Origin: Raillietiella orientalis
Taxonomy: Eukaryota
Direction: 5' to 3'
DNA length: 64,000 nucleotides
Assembly (NCBI GenBank): GCA_036172245.1
Contig: JAYWIR010000014.1
Span: 4,154,001 to 4,218,000, forward strand
Below the pieces are notes generated by a model. The model worked only from the letters and a program-made list of their open reading frames with translations, was not told the DNA's origin and searched no databases. Of this stretch, positions 12,940-25,164 are shown one piece after another (position 1 is the stretch's first letter; the number at the start of each line of letters is the position of its first letter). The position numbers and the translations under genes were made by a program.

Positions 12940-13600
12940 ATTAGTCGAGAAGCATCCGGATCAGGGAGAAGTCACGCTCTGATGGAACTGCACTCTTTGT
13001 AAATCGGAGGTCACCTGGTCGAAGGATCACCGCTTCTCCACGACCACCCTCCAAAATAAATGGCACGGCCAGTTGAGGCAGTTCATTCAGGAGGATATGT
13101 GCCACCAGAAGCGGTGCGTGCCTCATCCGTGGAAGGTGCTCAGTGAAGCAAAAGTCATCCGTGAACGTTCCCGTTCTCTGCATGCGAATCCAGCTGAAGA
13201 CCAAAGACATTTGAGTGGATTGGATGAGTGGAATGTCTGGACTTTGGTTCCATAAACTTAGGTCTTACCTGGATCGCGAGAGCTAGTGAATTTTCTTTGT
13301 CGTGTGAGCATGTTCATTTTTCTATCCTTGAACGGAGGCCTCATTAGAATAGCCCCAGCGAACTCTTCCATCAACAGCTTCACGACACGCACTGAGTCGT
13401 GGCTCCTTTCCAGTACGTCCTACCTACAGAAGCTGCATTCGAAATCATCTCTTCTTTATCCACTCATATCCACCAATAACTGGCCAATCTCTCAACGGCT
13501 CCTCTTTCGACGCCCAATCCAACACCAAAAACAGACTCTGATCCTTGGATTGCGATACACTTTGTTCGATGACAAACAAATAGGTGTGAGAGAATGGTGG
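12940..13600 (-). mobile_element. I/Nimb-type LINE C-terminal remnant
   Basis: WIRMQRTGTFTDD...LLVAHILLNELPQL resembles RLRxGHxxLTH...LTVxHILxxCPxL. Confidence 0.4.
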
Positions 13601-14599
13601 AGAGAACCTACGACTCCTGTTCCATTTGGTAACGAAAGGGTATTACTATTGTGAATGTAGACCAAGAATGTAAGAAACTCGAAAGAGATGAAAGAAGCAA
13701 GAATATCTGTCTATCCAAATGTAATAGACACGTGTGCAAGGGAGCTCCATCGCTCTTGAGTTGTTTCTCTTCCACGATCTCCTGGTAGCTACAGTGGCTT
13801 ATGTTGGCATGCCCAAGAAGATGAGGGGCACCTTAAGAAGGTAAGAAACCGCGAACACAACGGAGCAACCTTGGATGTACGAAGATTTTTCAGCTCATGT
13901 TACGAAAATAACAAACCATAATTGAGGACTTAGCAGTTAGAGACGAGACAGTCCTTCCTCCGGTAAAGCAGCTCAGGGACGTTAAGGTAAAATAAAACTG
14001 GCAAGGGAGTTTGTAGCAGCATGTTCGTTTCCGATCGTTATCCTGAATTCTCGACGTGGTGTGCTCCTACACACCTCCTTCGGTCTTGTACCGGCAGCAA
14101 AGGACCACTGTCGTTGCTTTTCTACAGCCGCCACAGGACGCAGGTATTCGGCTTCCCGTTAAGGCAAATGGCCTCACTTTGGGAAGTCCATTTATCCGCC
14201 GGTCCCACGAGCTCGAATGCTTGGCGGAAGGAAGGACCGAAGAACTAGGCTTCCAACTTAAAAGTGGGTCCAGAAATACTTTGTCATCTGCGAACTCTCC
14301 TTTGCAACCCTCTCGGAGATGTCCTGCAAAACTACACGAAGTATGCTCGGATAGAATGTCCCACCTCTCGTTGCAGCGATATCTTCCCTAAGGGAAACCA
14401 CAGCAACAGCCTACCGGTGGAGTGGGAGTTCTGCCCATTGCAGGAGTTGCAAAACTCCTGAACGGCTGGAAGACAAGCGAGCCGGTGAACGCGCAGGGAT
14501 GCTTCGATAGAGCGAGCTTCCACGAATCGTCACCCGGGTGCTCCGGGGCATTCCTTTATAGATAAAATGGACATTTACGATCTCTGTGGTTGTACCACT

Positions 14600-15700
14600 G
14601 GTCCAACCACGTCCTTTTCAGTTTTAACCTGCCGCGTTACCAGGCCGTTGACCGGTGAGGTCTACCGCGGCAACAGAAGGGCAAACAAAAAGAAAAAGAA
14701 ACAAAATAAAAATAAAACAAATTAGAGAGAGTTGATGTGAGAAGGGATCACGGGCTACTGGGGGCAGCCTCTGCATCCTTTGGAGGATGCCGGCAAGGTC
14801 TTGCTGGATATTGTGGTCCAGATGGAGCAATGTCATTGCCATCCTCATGAAGCGTACGGCGAAGTGGATGGCATCCCTATCTCTCAATCCTCTCCTGCGT
14901 CGCTACAGGCAGCAGAGAACTGCTAGCGAGGCTGCCGGCCAAAGTGCATCACTTAGCAGGAGGGGTCATAGAGCGTCGCTGAAGTAGTTGCTGGGAGTTC
15001 CTAGGGTCGCGGCAAGGGACCCTAGGAACAGGACCGAGGGACCGGAGAACAAGACAATCCACAAGCAGGTGCGGTAGGGAGCCGCACGCTCCCCGCACCT
15101 GCCACAGTTTGGATCCATTTTGTTGGATTTCAGTTTATTCCGAGCAGAGCACTGACGGCATTGCACTCTTTGTAAATCGGTACACACCCCCGTGTTCAGT
15201 GATGCTGGAGGGCGCTGCACGGGAAACCCAAGTGTAGCAGTAGCAGCGCCGACTCCTGCCACTTTAATGGGAGGTGTGTCTGTCCAGAAGCACTGGGAGC
15301 CATTGCAGGTCTTTCTCCGGAATGCCCAGTAGCACACCATAGCGCAAAAGTCCACGAGGTCGAGCAATCAGGGTCGAAGAGTCGGTGAGATGGCCCGTCG
15401 TCCACTCTCCCCGTCCTCTTCTCCTTCTGCAGATTTCTACGCTAACGTCCCATCTAGCTGCAAGGCTGCTGCCCATATATTTCCTCAGGGAGGACAGCGC
15501 TGCTGCAAGGGAGGTTGATAGTCCTTCCCACGCACTCTTCAACGGGTGTTCCAGGATCCCCTGTAGCGTGCAGTTGTTAAAGGAGCAGCACAGCAAACGC
15601 TGTGTCTGTTTCGTACAAAGCCCGTTGCGCTACGCCCACGGTGCGAACGGTTTCCTGCAGCCCGGCACTACCGTTCGCACCGGCACTACCGGCACGAGAT
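14600..15700 (-). mobile_element. Tx1/L1-type LINE 3' end
   Basis: MDPNCGRCGE zf-RVT remnant, C-terminus DLAGILQRMQ, T-rich 3'UTR (A-rich on + at 14683-14721). Confidence 0.75.
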
Positions 15701-15789
15701 CCGGCTGTTCTTCTTAGTCAGCGTAGCCACCCGCCGAAGTTGCACTCCGCAGTGGAAGATGTTGCGACGGCGCGCAAGGAGCTTCTATG

Positions 15790-16510
15790 AGGGTGCTCCC
15801 TGAAAAACTTTTGATTTTTCCTCTGTGCCTGGACACTTCGGTATTCCTCTTGAGTGAAAACAGAATGTGCTGTTGTATGTGGACTGGGATTCCCAGTGAG
15901 ATCAGCGTGGGCACCTCGTTTCCGGAGAAGTTGCGTCCGCAAACTGTTTTAGGTGCGGAACGAGTGAATTGCTCCCGTACTGGAGGTTGCTGGACTGCGG
16001 TGTCCTCCCCCAATTGTGGAAGAGGTTGCCTTCAGTGCTCTGGCACCCCAGAAACAGCTAAAGAGTTATTGTGGCGATTCTTCGCGTGCGGCGGCGACTC
16101 TCGGCATCCGTCGCGTGTAGCGACGTGCTTCATCCCCTCTATCGTCGCAGTCCGCCAACATTTGCTGCAGTCTTCGGAGCAGCAAAGGGAGGTCGTCCGC
16201 ATGGAAGTCACCCTCATGGAGGCAGATGCAAGGTAGCCTCACCTGAAAGAAGAAGCAAAGCTGAAGATCGCCGGCATTCTTCGCCGGTCTTGAGTCAGAA
16301 TGTCTCGCACCAAAGACCGCAGTCCTTGGCTTTTCTATACTTGCTTATCGTCCCCTTCCCTTCAGCTCCAGACTGTACCAGTGACCGTCCTGCTTATCTG
16401 TGGACCTTTACCTTGAACTTTTTTTTTTGTCTTTTTGTTTTGGAAACTCCGTTTCCTACTGTGTTTATTTCCTTTGAATTAATGTCCTGGCGTAACCTGG
16501 TGGAAAACGG
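15790..16510 (+). mobile_element. Tx1/L1-type LINE 3' end
   Basis: Colinear similarity to 3200-3860 (tggactgcggtgtcctc, atcgccggcattc, ggaaactccgttt, gcgtaacctgg). Confidence 0.75.
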
Positions 16511-16889
16511 CCACCCTGAAATCGGATGTGCGTTTTTTCGTTCCACTTTGATCCTCTTGTTAAAAATGGAAGAAATAGTGCTTCCAAACAAAATCCAATC
16601 CCTCTAAGATTAAAAGGGAGGGAAAGAGACCAATTTAAATAAGGTATTTGCTGCTGAGACTGGGGGTGAGCTGTCGGAGGAACGCAGATGTCGAGAGCGG
16701 ACCAGCACTCCAAGAAGCACTCCAAGAAAGTTGGAAAAGTGGATCCGCTGTCCCGTTTCTGCGGCGACCGCGACGGGCGTCGTTTGGCTTGCACCTCAGA
16801 GGCTCAAACGGCAAGGAAACGCCCATCGATCCGGTTTCCCCGTTCATCGCTGTCGGATTTATGGTGCCTCAACCCGAAGCTGGTCAGCA

Positions 16890-17021
16890 TTAACCCAAGC
16901 TGGTGCGACCCATCAGTCAGATTCTGCACATTCTTATCACTGGATTCGAGGAATTCTGTCTGCAAGGAACTGGTACTGATATTTTTTAGACCGAGGTCGT
17001 CTTTCGGCCATCTAGGGTTAA
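16890..17021. mobile_element. piggyBac-type MITE (124 bp, 16894-17017) with TTAA target duplication
   Basis: Left end TTAA-CCCAAGCTGG, right end CCATCTAGGG-TTAA (reverse complement CCCTAGATGG). TTAA plus CCC...GGG termini are the piggyBac signature. Confidence 0.7.
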
Positions 17022-17799
17022 CTGCTGTCACTTGAGCTCAGAAATTCGTAGCCAAACGAGTCAACCGTCAAAGGAAGCTGTAGCTCCCTATTGGTGGAGA
17101 GTTTCCGATATTGCTCCCTTCTGCTTTATTCTCCACAGTTTGAATAATCATCATCGATTTCGTTGCACACATTTTAGAGGGCAGATCGTCTTATTTACTG
17201 CTCGTCTTATTACTTACTCCTAAATAAAAATTCGCCTCGCACCGACGCCATGACTTCCCTGTTACCATATAGCATGTTAAGAGCCCTCCGATATGTTTTT
17301 GATGGCATGCGTTTGATCGTTCGGGTTGGTCCATCACAAACCATTGGTTTCCCGTCGAATCTCAAACTGCGGCGAAGAATTTATAGCGTTTCCATAGAGT
17401 TCCGCTATCAAATCTAACAAGCTTGATTCAGGAGGCAGTCCTGATAATTTGTTTTATGCAAGCATCTAATATTTCCTCGCTGGCTTATGGAATTGTTTCC
17501 CTATTAGAATTATGGAGTCCTTTGGGGAACGAGCTGAAGCTGCATCCATTCCAAGATAATGAACATTTTTTAATTTCCCCTTTAGATGGAAATTTTAATG
17601 GCAAACGTGAGACTGACAACGGGATGATTTACATTACACTGGCATGGCACATCCTTCTTGAGGATGGGAATATCTGGGAAAAAGTCAATTATGTTGAAAG
17701 CAGAATCGAAAGGACTCTGTGATAATGTACATATATATATACATACATACATTTATAATGACGAGAAAGTAAAGTTTGTGAGGATTTACATTAGCAACA

Positions 17800-19720
17800 G
17801 CAGATGCTGCAGTTTTCAACTCTGTGACGCTTTTTTTCTGAACTCTCTGAAGCTGATGCGGTGATATTCATGAGCGCTGTTGTCTTCCTGCTTGAGACTT
17901 CTCCGCAAAAATTTGAGGTCCATTCCCGTAAGGATCACCTGCATCGATCCTTCTTTGCGAGCGTCAGCGAAAGACATATGGAGAATGGCAATGCTCCGTT
18001 CAGGTTCGATCTTTGAAAAGGGACGAAAATACCCATAATTTGTGTGGACTCTTCAAAGTACATATACACATGTATTCATATATATTTATGTATGCATCCA
18101 TAAAAATACCAAACGTGCTACTTAAAGCGATCAAGTGCTGAGTAAATCGGGCGAAACTGTTTCCAATGATGATAACAATTGTGATTGCTATATGCATCTT
18201 TGCTTCCACGGCAACATAAAAAATTTCTGCTCCATCGGAAGGCGAACGTTTCTTTCCGTTCAATTAGCTCTTGGTGAAATTTCACAGAACTTCCCTGCGG
18301 TGCTTCTTGTCTTCCATGGATGATGTGTGCAGTCACGTCCTCATAAGCATTTCCTCCCATAACGTAAGTAACTGATGTCACCTAGGATTCCAGTTCGTTG
18401 GAATGGTCATTATCGCTGAAAATGAAAATTCCTCTCAGGGCACCGTTACTGATCGGATAAGTTTCTCTTCCACATGTTGATTCTAATATATTCCGGCATT
18501 CTAATATGCTCTCAGAGATTGCAACCATGAAGGCTAAGAGACTCCTTTTTTTTGGTTTCGAGAAAACTTTGTCTCTGAAGATGCAGACTGAAAACGATGA
18601 AGGTATTTCTTCTCCACAGGAGCGCTCTTTTGCAGCATCCTCTTCTTGTGATGGAGATGCAGAAGGCTGTATCTTCGAAAACTCTGGTCTGCTTGGTGAA
18701 AATTTGCAAGCATTCTCACAGACTGTTCTTAGAGTTTCGACACGGTTAGGTTGGGACTTCAGCCTGTGAAGATACCAAGAGAGACAGCCACCGAAAAAAA
18801 TTGTAGCTAACCTGCTTCTGATCTGCACAGCTTGCCAATTTTGCAGCATCATCGGCTCTCGTTCGGTCTGTACAGTTTCAGGATTTCACGGAATGTGGAA
18901 CTGCACTTGCAGCTGGGTGCAACTGTTTCATTCCCTCCCTTGACAGGAAACTGCGACGTTCCCATTCTTGTACCTGGACTTCCATCCTTGTACTTTTGAA
19001 TGCGTTCAAACAAACAAGACTTTAATCTCCTTTTAGTTACCCCCTTTTTTTTTTGTTTTGAAAGGAATGCAGATTCTCACGAAGGAAACAACCGTCTGGA
19101 AATGTTGGTGTCTCCTATATCCGTTACTAGAGATGAACAAGATAATCGCACGTTATCATCGGTATTCGTGGAAGCGGAAGATGAAATTAAAGATGCAGTG
19201 GAAAGCAAGAAATTCTTGAGGGGGAATTTCAACTGCTCTTATTCCATTCCATCGCTCGCTTGTAATGATGCAGCTGTCAGGAGTCCTCTTAGAAACTCAG
19301 ATAGCACCTCATTCAGCGTTCCCGGTTGATGGGATGAAGGAAAAATTCCCACTTCTAAGAAGCTGTTTAACAGTGATTGGTTTCTAATGCATCAACTGCA
19401 TAGGTTAATTTGAGAGCTCTACCGAGCGTGCCACCCAGCTTCCAGAGAGCAAAAATTCTGACGCTGAGGTGGAAATGTTTCGACTTTGCTGCCAGGATGC
19501 AAAAGCAAAAAAAAGACAAAGTGGCGTATACACTAACTTATGTGCTGCCAAGTTATTCGTTCCCTGTCATTTCTTGCATTTGCTGCTCAGACATCACGGA
19601 GAATATGTTCAAACGCTCAGGTACCCTTTCGGGATCGTCCTCTAATGGCACGGAAAGCCTTCCCAGAGATAGACTTTTTGCATTAGACGTATGTCTTGCT
19701 AAAGATCGGATGCTATCCAT
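17800..19720 (-). pseudogene. Decayed tandem tyrosine-kinase-like gene (possible JAK/hopscotch-like pseudokinase plus kinase)
   Basis: Domain 1: GTLNEVL..LLTAASLQASDGME*..KNFLL (~19200-19325), IP*NPET (~18875-18895), HRLKSQP..LRTVCENACKFSPSRPEFSKI (~18670-18770). Domain 2: HIAITIVIIIG (~18160-18195) and PE...GDPY/GMD...LKQE (~17880-18003). Catalytic motifs lost; many stops. Confidence 0.4.
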
Positions 19721-20084
19721 AATTGTACGGAAGGAATGTTGATAGTTATATCAAGTTTTCCTCAAGTTTTCCCCTTTATTGTTTTTTTGTTCTTCTTTTT
19801 TGTCGTCATTCAGTATTGAAATGAATCAGTCGCTTTTGCACTGTCACCTGCATCTTGCACAGATTGGATCTCCGAGAAATTGTTCCCCGAGGGAAATGCT
19901 CTTCTCCTTAAATATATGAATATTCCACATATATTCACATAAGTAGGAGAGAGATCTTCAGATGCAAAGATGATTGTCACACTTTCCTCTCAACGGGGTA
20001 CCATGTTGTCTGTGTGAGGGACAGCATTCCTTATATACAATATCTTGCCGACTTGCCCATACCTTGTTTTGGTCTCTTTAACGC

Positions 20085-20640
20085 TGTTCCACTCCATGCG
20101 AGGGTGCGTGTTATCTCTTCGGGTTAGGGGGTACCCCGAGGGGGGGACCACCCTACGAATCCAGAAGGACTCCTGAGAAAGGAGTCCATTCCTCTCACGC
20201 TTGGGAGAGAACCTCCGGAAAGTATCTTCCTTATTCTCTCCATAGTCCCCAGAAAGGATCAACCCCTTGTTACTCCTCTGAAGAGTACCCCAATGGGGCG
20301 CCTCCGAATTTCCCTGAAGGTCGCTCCCTGAAGGGGGAGGCGCGCTTCTTAACACTCCGGAAAGGCAACTCCCGAAGAGAATGGCAACCAGCTCTATGGT
20401 ATGCGATGGAGGCGGCATTTTCACAGCCGGAGGGGAGCTCCGGAAAGCTCCTTGATCCCTGGAAGGATCCCGGAAGGTCAACTTCCAAACCCGACCAGTG
20501 AGGCATCCGGCTTTTATCAGTGTTGCACCCGGAAGGCCAACCAGCGTCATCTTGCGAGGCGATCTCGAAACCCGTTTCACTGGCGTTGATCCTCCACGTG
20601 GAGATTCGAGCCACCCGAACCCGCAACGCTCGGTACCACA
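20085..20640. repeat. Unclassified dispersed repeat, copy 2 (same orientation as 845-1570)
   Basis: Colinear diverged blocks shared with copy 1; lacks the 61-bp duplication. Confidence 0.8.
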
Positions 20641-22535
20641 CGCAGCCGCCCGGACGCCAACGCGGACAATGATCTGTTATTTTAATGCTCTTTGCCTTAC
20701 TGTTCAGGCACTGTCCTCAAGTATGAATAGTAATCGCATTTGCTGATGGTGAGTATGGGCGGCCTGCTGCAGAGATGCTGCTGCCGTTCTTCTAAAGTTC
20801 TCCTTCTCTTCGACATCCTGGACGCCTACTGAGTCAAGTTGAATCCAAGAAACGGTGAATGATCTACTTTGGAAACGTTCTCGAAAATGCTCTCTTTTTT
20901 TTTTCTTTTTTTACTCTTCCATCTCTTGGTAATAGTAAATCACACCCAAATCCGCTGCTCATGTCTCAATTTGACTCACGGGCTGTCAAAAAAATTTTTC
21001 ATAAGCAGGCTTGTCCACTTGGAAGCTCAAGACGAAAAGCTCTCCTTGTAGGAATACAAAGATGGAATGCAAGCGATCTAGATGCACACTCTGAACTGAA
21101 TTCTCGAGATGTGCTTTAATTTTCGAATGACCTGGAATTCTCCTCTGGATTATGGTTCGGCATACACAAGGAAAAGCAAGTGGGATTTTCCTCGTATGAT
21201 TGAAGATGCAATTCTGTGTATCCGCTAGGTGCTTGCTTGAAGTTGATGTGAGCCCAATCTAACGAAGGAAGGCTTAGATGCAGTGATCAAATATTCCTGT
21301 TTCCTTCTGTGTCAGGAGGGTTCAACCGCCAATAGAGGATAAAGGATCATTAGTGGTTTCTGCCACAGTGATTCTTTATCCACTATTGCCTTTTCAGCGC
21401 AATTATTTCAGATGCAATACTGTCCGTTGCATTAATTCTGCCTTCTTCTTTCTGTCAAGGTAAAGAACTGGACGCAAGATCTGGGATGCGTGTAATACTT
21501 AAAAACACAGGAGAGATGCACCCATGCCATCATCCATAGTGTGTACTGAGAGTTTGCTTCTAATAAACAGAGGATACAGTAATCTTTGCAACCACAAAAT
21601 TGGTGTGGTATAAGCAAGAAACAACTCATTTAATCGTATACTGTACTAATTTATGCCTGCAGATTTAAGTAAGGTATGACTGTTAACGTTCCTTATGATG
21701 GTCTGTCATTTTCTGAAAAACTTTTCAGGAGAGTGGGAGCTGCGTTTGACACCTCGAGGCATTCGATGCGAGTGGTAAACAAAAAGCGGATCTTTTCCAT
21801 CTATAATCATTCCTATCTTCCTTCTTGCTTTTGTCTTCACTTAGGTTGGTGCCATCCAGGAATTCTCATTTACGAAACCAATCCAATGCGATGGAAACAA
21901 TCCCCTAGCTATTCACCTCTGTACCTATATTACGGGATACATGGCACTAAAAGTGCCATGAACGAACACCGTTGTGCAAACGCGTCCATAACAATCTCCT
22001 GAAGAACATCCAGATATCATTGGAGTCTTCCCAGCAGTGTTAGATTGGAGTGTTTTGCAAACTTGGATGGTCACTGTTCTTTCCATGCCGGTACTTTCGC
22101 GCTTACGAAATCCTGCAGATGGAGGACATCAGACCAGATTATGGTAGCAAATCCCGACTTCGCCGGCCCATTGCGCGTACCAAGTTACCAATACTCAAAT
22201 AGTAGGAATCCTTTTGACGGATACGCTTTCGCCTGAGTGGACTGGGTACGTGTAGTGCCTGTGAAAGCAGATACTCACTGGAAGAATCCTTGGTTTACTC
22301 TGAGAATGGAATATTCGAGAAACAAAAGGCCTCTTTCAGAACAGAAGGAATTGCCATTCCGGGAAACCACTTCTCACGGTCGTTACGCTTTTTGTGATCG
22401 ACAGGCTTCGTCGTGGTCACCCAGGGTTCGCTTGCGAGCCAGCCAATGGGATTGCTTTAATCTTTGTCTGCAAGTTTCGTTTACCCCCCACGTGCAACCG
22501 TGGAGGATCCTCTTACGACCGCTGCTTTTAATTTC

Positions 22536-23760
22536 TTAATCCTAGATTAGTTCGTCCGTGTGGAGAGTTGCAGAATCAGTGATCACCTTTCTCTGGAAAA
22601 ACGGTGAGTCTGTGCGCAGAATGTGTGAGTGCACTTGAAGTCTGCTTGGGCGTCAGAGCCTCATTCCTCATGCTCCGAGGATCAAATGTACTCTTTTAGT
22701 GCTGAATGGATCGGCAGTTCATGAGGCCAAAACGAATCCTGGTAATGCGAGGCCGTGGCTCCGGAAAGCGCTCGGAAAAAGCATTGCAGTAAGTGTTGCA
22801 TGCATTTCAAGATCTCTCTTCCGTTTCCGCCTCCGATGTTTGGTATCGTTCGTTCATTTCATATGTTTGCATACATGCGTGAGAAATGTACACGCGTGTG
22901 TATTAACTTGCTCACTCGGTGTTCGAGCGAGATCCGTCCCACTACCGCTGCTTCGCGCGCTTACAATCTTCTGACGGTTTTTGCTTCACCAGGCCATGGA
23001 TAGGAGTTCGGAGGATTTTCAACCGCCACACCCTGAGGTTGGTTCTAGCTCTTCAGCGGAAACTACAAATCTTCGTGGAGACCAATCTTCTGCCATCGGC
23101 TGAGACTCGCCAGCATTGACAAGTTTTTTGTACGAGTCGGAGAAAACAACCGCGAGATAAATCGTGGATGATGAGAGCAAATTTGATCGGTCGAGAAAGC
23201 GCTCGCTGAACCTCGAGATCGACCCGCAAAATGAGCTGTCACACAAATCAGAGATCTCCGAAACCAGGAAGAAGTCCCACGTATGAAACAGGAGCGACCC
23301 ATCCTGGGAAGTCAGGAACACTGGACACTGGAATCTCATAAAAGGAATTCATACTTTGCAAGACAGCGAGCAATGACACTGTACCTTCACATTTCCCTCA
23401 AAACTGACGACGGTACATTCCTACAAAGGGAGGATTTCGGAAGGAAAACCACAGTCAAGTGCGTCTCACTGAGTGAATACGCTGTGGAATTTTCTGGAAG
23501 TGTACCAAACATTTTCGAACTTTCCAAGCGCATGTACAAGCGAATGTTGAAGTACGAGGAACAACAGCACTAGAGAATGTTTCTCCACTTCGGCCCACCA
23601 TCTCTGTAAGCACATTCGTAAATCAGATAAAGATTTGTAGGATTATTCCTCCAAGATGCTTCAGAAAGGAATCCTGAGTTCGATGAAGGAAGACCTAAAG
23701 GAAGACAATAATTTTCAGAGACGTCAGCATTTTGGTTTTGATTCTCTGAAACGCTCCTCG
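22536..23760 (+). mobile_element. Degenerate piggyBac transposase remnant with possible left end
   Basis: ORF 23283-23573: EHWTL..RQRAMTLYLHISL..D and VSLSEYAVEFSG...YKRMLKY resemble piggyBac YWS..RF..I..LH..D and LSxDExMVxFxG...PxKxGxK. ttaaTCCTAGA at 22536 resembles TTAA-CCCTAGA. No right end found. Confidence 0.4.
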
Positions 23761-23829
23761 AAAGAGGCGTTGACAAGGATGCCATCACGAGGACGGCGCC
23801 AGTGAGTCACCTCCAAACTAAATTCGTGA

Positions 23830-25150
23830 AAAGTGAGAAGAGCGAATTCCTGACCAATTCTTTTCTTCTTCCTCCTGCAAAAGTTTTTTTTGCGTGTTTT
23901 TTTTTTCACGCCCTGGAAGTCGAGCATCCTTTCGAAACTTTCTCAACAGAGTGTCCACCTTTCTTCGACACCTTTCCTGAATCTGAGCTCTGGGAAGCGA
24001 AGGACGCATTTCCACCTGCTACTTGTTTCCATTCGGGGTTTCTTCATCTGCTGCTACCGATGATGGTGCTCGCACCAGTTCCTTTGGATTCTGAAAATCC
24101 TGGAGAATTCGTAATGACGACGACGATGCAGTGACCATCACCGTCATTTCGGCCTACATATTCACGCGTTAGCTAGGAGCACCTTCTTGCCTTCCAAAAA
24201 AAGAAAAAAAATAGTCGAAATGCCGCTTCGATTTCCAGTGAATTCAGAAGTGCGCGTGCGCGTGCACTTCTGAACCAGGATGTTCTTAAGAGCAGCATCT
24301 CGTAAGGGACACTCGCTTGCTGTTGTTGTTGTAAGTGAAAAATAAAAGTCCCGTCTCGGAATTTTTTTTTTTTTTTTTCCCTTCCCGAGAGAGGCTGCAA
24401 AGAGTCCGCCGTTCATCTTGTCAAGAACAAGGATGCCGCTTTCCCCAGCTGTGGCTTCCGGTCCGAAAAGTTCGTCCTGATTCTTAGCCAGAGCCGAAAA
24501 CAGTCCTGAGCTCAGAAATCTCAATTTGAGAACGATGGAGAGGAGGAACATCTGCATTTTCTGGAGCTGGCGTTTCATATTTTATTGCTCCTCAGCGCTC
24601 GTAAGGGAAGACAGGGAGTTTGCTAAAGATGTGTCCTTGACGCCCATTTGCACGGTTGGGATGCAAAGCAGCCGAACGCGGGTAGCAGCAGCCGAGGTCC
24701 GCGAAACGCGCGTCCCCCTTCCTTCCGCTTTGCAATCCTTGCGGGTACTGCTTCTCCGCTGAGCGTTGCAGGAGGCCAAGTGGTTTCCACGCTCTCCCTC
24801 CCCCTCACTCCATCATGTGCTCGCTTTGGAGCTTGGTGTGCCCCAAGAGAGCCACGATGTAGGCACAAGAAACGCGCTTGTCGTTTCTTCAGAGGACTGG
24901 ACAGAAAGAGCTCACAAGAGAAAGGTCCAGAAATTTCGTCGAGGCCGATAGGTAGGATGTCGAGATTGGATTTCCAGGGAGGGACACTGGGTGTTTTCGA
25001 CACTGCCGACGGTGCTAAGAGCTTTTCCTATCCGGCGTCCGATACAACAAAAACAGTGCTATTCTGAAGAGGGCCTCCAGAATATCACGGTTTCTTCGCC
25101 AACGATGGTTTCAGGGTAGGATGCGAATCGTTTTCACTCGGTTGTGCCGG
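23830..25150 (-). mobile_element. Ty3/Gypsy pol remnant (RNase H end to integrase)
   Basis: In order: VFVVSD (TDH-like), NLDILPIG..FLSS (DIxYIxG..ADxLSR-like), GPRLLLP, QDELFGPEATAGESGILVLDKMNGGLFAASL (HxDxxGPLxxSxGxxYxLxxxD..EAxP-like), PNG..VE. Confidence 0.5.
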
Positions 25151-25164
25151 GATGTTCTTTTTGA

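Noticed and set aside
19537..19549. GGCAGCACATA on minus, resembling the U6 snRNA 5' region
   Set aside because: About 11 nt only; flanks do not match U6.
21432..22330. FN3-like motif (LEANSQYTLWMMAW) suggesting a receptor ectodomain
   Set aside because: A single weak motif; not enough to call a feature.
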